From positions 64,001 to 128,000 of the forward strand of contig CAVVLJ010000004.1 of the NCBI GenBank assembly GCA_963749075.1: DNA of 64,000 nucleotides. The letters run 5' to 3'. Position 1 is the stretch's first letter; every line of letters begins with the position of its first letter. The notes beneath the pieces were generated by a model, which saw only the letters and a program-made list of their open reading frames with translations, was not told the origin of the DNA and ran no database searches. The translations under genes and the position numbers were made by a program. This document shows, piece after piece, positions 59,613-64,000 of the stretch. The DNA is from an uncultured Pseudomonadota bacterium (GTDB taxonomy: Bacteria > Pseudomonadota > Alphaproteobacteria > JACZXZ01).

Positions 59613-61203
59613 TCTTTGCCGCCGCCGGGATGAAGGTGCCGTCCTGGGGATTATAGGTTGGCCACTTGCCTTCGGCTATGGCGTCGAGCGCCGGGGTGGG
59701 CTGGCCGAGCTGATCGCGGTAGACCCAGTAATTGGCCACCACGTGCTCGACGAACAGGCGGGTCTGCTTGCTCGGGATGTCCTCGAGGAAGAGCAGGGGA
59801 TCGTCGTTGTGCTCGATGTTGCGCTGCCAGCGCGTGACGTTGCCCGGGCCCCCGTTGTAGGCCGCCACCACGAGGAAGAGGTTGGCCCTGATGCCGTCGC
59901 TCTCCATCAGGTGGGCGAGGTAGTTCTGGCCGAGCGCCATGTTGAGCGGCGGGTCGAAGAGCTCGTGGCGCTTTCCGCCGTAAGGTGTTCCGTCGGCGAC
60001 GAAGCGCGCCGTGCCCGGCATCAGCTGCATGACCCCGCGCGCGCCGGCGGTGCTGGTGGCGTTCGCCGAGAACTTGGACTCCTGGCGGATGAGCGCCAGC
60101 ATGAGTGCGCGGTCGACGGTATAGCCGCCCTGCGGCTGCCAGGACGGCACGGGATAGAGGGCGCCGTCGTAGCGCCGGCCGCTGGCGTCGACCACCTTCT
60201 CGGCAAGCTGCATGGCAAGCGACGGCATGTCGGCATGCGCGGTCACGGCAAGAAGCGCGTGCGCGGTCTCGGGCTGCGCCGGATTGATGTGGCGCAGCTC
60301 CTGCTCGGCGCGCGCGTCCTGGCCGATCTCGATGAGGGCGAGGGCCCGCGCGCCCTGCGGCGTGCGCAGGAGCTGAAGCGCGTCCTCGTGCGTGAAGAGC
60401 GGCTGCTCCCAATTGTAGTCGGCCGGCAGGCCCGAGAGCTTGCGCGCCAGAATGCCGTAGAAGGTGTAGGGGAAGTTGGCGGCGACGCCGAGCCAGTGCG
60501 TCACCTTCTGGGGTGCCGCCGCGCGCAGATGGCCGCGCGCCGCCCAATAGGCGCCGGCGGCGCGGCTCCAGGAATCGGCCCCCTCGCTCATGGCCACGCG
60601 CTCGAAATGCTCGGCCGCGAGGTCGTATTGCCGAAGACGCCAGGCGGCAAGCCCGCCCGCCCACTCGGCGCCTGCCTCGCCGGCGCCGTCGCTTGCCGCG
60701 GAGATATTGTAGACCGCCCCCTCGGGACGCCGCGGCAGCTTGGCGCCCTTGGGGTGCCGCGCCGCGGCCAGCCGGTAGATCTCCGGCGCCATCGGCAGGT
60801 CGGCGTAGAGGCTGAGCCAGTCGCTCAGCTCGGCGTAGCTCGCGCGGTAGTCGCGGGGGGAGAGGTAGCGCTCGGCAAGGACATGTCCGAGGAGGAGCTT
60901 GTTGCCGAGCCGGGCGATCTCGGCGTCCGCCGCGGCCCAGCGGCCTTGGTCCTCCAGGGCGAATATGCGGCGGTAGCGCCCCGCATCGGCATCCTTGAGC
61001 GGCTGCGGCAGCGCTCCCTCGGCGCCGAGGCGCATGGCGCCCGGCGTCAGCGCTGCGGTCTCCTGATCGCGCGGCTCGGCGCGGGCAAAATTCGCCCCGC
61101 CAAGCGTCGCCGCCATGCTGAGGAAGAGGACCAGAGCAGTGCCGGATAACAGCCGACCGGCGACGTTCCGAGCCTCGGAGTGTCGTCTTTCTAAAGGCGT
61201 CAC
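59599..61203 (-). CDS. Soluble lytic murein transglycosylase (SLT domain)
   Basis: YW.AR, TFYG.LA, ALIRQES, GARGVMQLMP.TA, AAYNGGPGN. Confidence 0.92.
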   Translation of the reverse strand: MTPLERRHSEARNVAGRLLSGTALVLFLSMAATLGGANFARAEPRDQETAALTPGAMRLGAEGALPQPLKDADAGRYRRIFALEDQGRWAAADAEIARLGNKLLLGHVLAERYLSPRDYRASYAELSDWLSLYADLPMAPEIYRLAAARHPKGAKLPRRPEGAVYNISAASDGAGEAGAEWAGGLAAWRLRQYDLAAEHFERVAMSEGADSWSRAAGAYWAARGHLRAAAPQKVTHWLGVAANFPYTFYGILARKLSGLPADYNWEQPLFTHEDALQLLRTPQGARALALIEIGQDARAEQELRHINPAQPETAHALLAVTAHADMPSLAMQLAEKVVDASGRRYDGALYPVPSWQPQGGYTVDRALMLALIRQESKFSANATSTAGARGVMQLMPGTARFVADGTPYGGKRHELFDPPLNMALGQNYLAHLMESDGIRANLFLVVAAYNGGPGNVTRWQRNIEHNDDPLLFLEDIPSKQTRLFVEHVVANYWVYRDQLGQPTPALDAIAEGKWPTYNPQDGTFIPAAAKNGGH

Positions 61204-61306
61204 GGGGGCTTCATAGCCGATCGGGCGCCCGATGGCAAGGCGTCTCGCTATCCCCGCTTTTCAAGCGCTTGTGGAAAACTTGATGAAATTCCACAAGAAC
61301 AAGTGG

Positions 61307-62173
61307 TTAGGGGAGGGTGGCCAGGCGTTCTTTCAGGCCCAGGAGGTCGCGCCAGGCCTCGCGTTTCTGGGCCGGGGAGCGCAAAAGATAGGCAGGATGG
61401 AAGATGGCGCCGGCCGGAATGGGCCGCGCCATGCCCTGGCTCTGGTACTGGAACCATTGCCCGCGCAGGCGGATGATGCCCTCGTTGCGGCCGAGCAAGG
61501 TCTTGGCCGACGAGCCGCCCACGAGGACGAGGAGCTCTGGATCGACGAGCTCGATGTGGCGCTCGACGAAGGGCAGGCAGGCGGCGACCTCCGCGGCGGT
61601 GGGCTGGCGGTTGCCGGGCGGCCGCCAGTAGAGGATGTTCGTTATATAGAAGTGCTGGCGGTCGAGGCCGATCCACCCCAGCATGCGGTCGAGGAGCTGG
61701 CCGCTCACGCCGACGAAGGGCTTGCCCTGGCGGTCCTCGTCGGCACCCGGCGCCTCGCCCACGAACATGACCCTCGCGCGCGGATTGCCGTCGCCGAAGA
61801 CGAGGTTGGTGGCGGTCTCCTTGAGCGGGCAGCCCTCGAAGGCGAGGAGCGCCTCCCTGAGCTCGTCCAGGCTGTGCGCCGCGGCGGCGAGCTCGCGCGC
61901 CGCCCGCGCCGCCTCGACGCCGCCTTCGAGCGCCGGTCGCCGGGCCGGGGCTGCCAGGGGCCTTGCCGGTCTTTCCGCCTGCTGCCGGGCGGGCGGCGGC
62001 TCCGGCTCCGCCTGCCGTTCCCCGGCTAGGGGCGCCGGACTTGCCGCGGGCGCTGCCTTGGCGGGCTCGGCGTAACGCGAGCGCGGCGCCTCGTCGAGCG
62101 CGTCCTCGGCACCCGAGGCGAGCTGCCAGGCGAGCGCTGCGAGGCAGGCGGCTCTGTCTCGCGTGAGGGTCAT
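61307..62173 (-). CDS. Uracil-DNA glycosylase, family 4
   Basis: [36 protein letters not shown]. Confidence 0.94.
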   Translation of the reverse strand: MTLTRDRAACLAALAWQLASGAEDALDEAPRSRYAEPAKAAPAASPAPLAGERQAEPEPPPARQQAERPARPLAAPARRPALEGGVEAARAARELAAAAHSLDELREALLAFEGCPLKETATNLVFGDGNPRARVMFVGEAPGADEDRQGKPFVGVSGQLLDRMLGWIGLDRQHFYITNILYWRPPGNRQPTAAEVAACLPFVERHIELVDPELLVLVGGSSAKTLLGRNEGIIRLRGQWFQYQSQGMARPIPAGAIFHPAYLLRSPAQKREAWRDLLGLKERLATLP

Positions 62174-62266
62174 GGCGCGAGCCTAGCAGTTCCGTTATTG
62201 CTGTGTCAGGCCTTGCGTGCCGGCCGGAGGATCGGAGGCCGGCGGGAGAGGAGACGAGGGCGGGCA

Positions 62267-63898
62267 ATGTCTCGGGAGACGATGGAATTCGACGTCGTGA
62301 TCGTGGGCGCGGGGCCGGCCGGGCTCTCCGCGGCGATCCGGCTCAAGCAGCTCGCCCAGGAGGCCGGCCGCGAGCTCGGCGTGTGCGTCGTCGAGAAGGG
62401 CTCGGAGGTGGGCGCCCACATCCTCTCGGGCGCGGTGATCGAGACGCGCGCCCTCGACGAGCTCTTGCCCGATTGGCGCGCGCGCGAGGCCCCCCTCGTC
62501 ACCGCCGCCGCGGAGGACCGCTTCCTCTTCCTCAGCGAGAAGCGGGCCTTCCCCATGCCGACGCCGCCGCAGATGCACAATCGCGGCAACTTCATCGTGA
62601 GCCTCGGCAACGTCTGCCGCTGGCTCGCCAAGCAGGCGGAGGGGCTCGGCGTCGAGATCTATCCCGGCTTCGCTGCCGCCGAGGTGCTCTACGACGAGAA
62701 GGGCACCGTCGTGGGCGTCGCCACAGGCGACATGGGCATCGGCAAGGACGGGCAAAAGACCGACCACTACCAGCCGGGCGTCGAGCTGCGCGCGCGCCAG
62801 ACGCTCTTCGCCGAGGGCTGCCGCGGCTCGCTCACCAAGACGCTCTTCGAGCGCTTCCGCCTGCAGGACGAGAGCGGCCCCCAGACCTTCGGCATCGGCC
62901 TCAAGGAGCTGTGGGAGGTCGAGGCCGCCAAGCACCGGCCGGGCCTCGCCGTCCACACGATCGGCTGGCCGCTCGACCGCCGCACCTACGGCGGCTCCTT
63001 CCTCTATCATATGGAGAACCGCCAGGTGGCGGTCGGCTTCGTCATCGGCCTCGATTACCGGAATCCCTATCTCAACCCCTTCGAGGAGTTCCAGCGCTTC
63101 AAGACCCATCCGGCGCTGCGCCCCGTCTTCGAGGGCGGCCGGCGCATCGCCTATGGCGCCCGCGCCCTCAATGAGGGCGGCTTCCAGGCGATCCCCAAGC
63201 TCACCTTTCCCGGCGGCGCCCTCGTCGGCTGCACGGCGGGCTTCCTCAACGTGCCCAAGATCAAAGGCACCCACGGCGCCATGAAGTCGGCGATGGTCGC
63301 GGCCGAGGCGCTCTTCGAGACGCTCGCCGAAGGGGACGGCCGCGGCGAGGCCGTGCGCTATCCCGAGCGGCTCAAGCAAAGCTGGCTGTGGGAGGAGCTC
63401 TATCGCGTGCGCAACATCCGCCCCGGCTTCCGCTGGGGGCTCTGGGGCGGGCTCGCCTACGCGGCACTCGAAGCCTTTATCCTGCGAGGGCGCGCACCCT
63501 GGACCCTCCGCCATCACGCCGACAATCTGAGCCTCAAGCGCGCGGCCGAATGCCGCCGCATCGACTACCCCAAGCCCGACGGCAAGGTCTCCTTCGACAG
63601 GCTGAGCTCGGTCTTCATCGCCAACACCAACCACGAGGAGAACCAGCCCGCCCATCTCAAGCTCAAGGACCCGGAGGCGGCGATCAAGATCAATCTGGCG
63701 CTTTATGACGCGCCGGAGCAGCGCTATTGTCCGGCCGGGGTCTATGAGATCGTGCGCGACGCCAACGCGGTACCCAGGCTGCAGATCAACGCGCAGAACT
63801 GCGTGCACTGCAAGACGTGCGACATCAAGGACCCGACCCAGAACATCAATTGGGTGACGCCCGAGGGCGGCGGCGGACCGAACTACCCGAACATGTGA
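62267..63898 (+). CDS. Electron transfer flavoprotein-ubiquinone oxidoreductase
   Basis: DVVIVGAGPAGL, GAHILSGA, KIKGTH, CPAGVYE, NCVHCKTCDIKDP, GGGGPNY. Confidence 0.97.
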   Translation: MSRETMEFDVVIVGAGPAGLSAAIRLKQLAQEAGRELGVCVVEKGSEVGAHILSGAVIETRALDELLPDWRAREAPLVTAAAEDRFLFLSEKRAFPMPTPPQMHNRGNFIVSLGNVCRWLAKQAEGLGVEIYPGFAAAEVLYDEKGTVVGVATGDMGIGKDGQKTDHYQPGVELRARQTLFAEGCRGSLTKTLFERFRLQDESGPQTFGIGLKELWEVEAAKHRPGLAVHTIGWPLDRRTYGGSFLYHMENRQVAVGFVIGLDYRNPYLNPFEEFQRFKTHPALRPVFEGGRRIAYGARALNEGGFQAIPKLTFPGGALVGCTAGFLNVPKIKGTHGAMKSAMVAAEALFETLAEGDGRGEAVRYPERLKQSWLWEELYRVRNIRPGFRWGLWGGLAYAALEAFILRGRAPWTLRHHADNLSLKRAAECRRIDYPKPDGKVSFDRLSSVFIANTNHEENQPAHLKLKDPEAAIKINLALYDAPEQRYCPAGVYEIVRDANAVPRLQINAQNCVHCKTCDIKDPTQNINWVTPEGGGGPNYPNM

Positions 63899-63912
63899 GG
63901 CCGCACGCGTTT

Positions 63913-63948
63913 CCCCGCCCGCGCGTAAAACCCCGCCCGCGCGTAAAA
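63913..63948. repeat. 18-bp exact tandem duplication
   Basis: CCCCGCCCGCGCGTAAAA twice, just after the ETF-QO stop. Confidence 0.8.
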
Positions 63949-64000
63949 CATGGGGGCATCCCGGCCGCCGGGCGGGCCCCGTTGCCGCGCGCGGCGCGCG

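Overview
A GC-rich (about 70%) chromosomal segment of an alphaproteobacterium, probably Rhodospirillales-like (inferred from gene content and order). The core backbone is: aa3 cytochrome c oxidase genes, thrC/thrB, rnhA, a DsbD/peroxiredoxin pair, a tandem glycine riboswitch with gcvT-H-PA-PB, the F0 ATP synthase operon, smc-dsbA-dciA-mutY, ccrM-rnhB, a PA0069-type radical SAM gene, moaB, a lytic transglycosylase, uracil-DNA glycosylase and ETF-QO. Small accessory islets interrupt it: six toxin-antitoxin loci, a stand-alone NucC-like (DUF6602) endonuclease, a FeuPQ-like two-component system with two PepSY genes, a hybrid kinase plus EAL response regulator behind a perfect CtrA box, an ATPase-less Ugp-like ABC system with a phosphodiesterase, and a kinase/2OG-oxygenase/YciI/3-HAO run divergent from TIGR04283/TIGR04282 transferases. 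Regulatory motifs read directly from the sequence include CtrA, LexA and DnaA boxes and TA operators. Several REP-like palindromic elements are present. Five +1 frameshifts look like long-read errors, and three of them share the context GACGTTCT. No tRNA, rRNA, CRISPR array, integrase or transposase was recognised. Family assignments come from motif recognition, not database searches.
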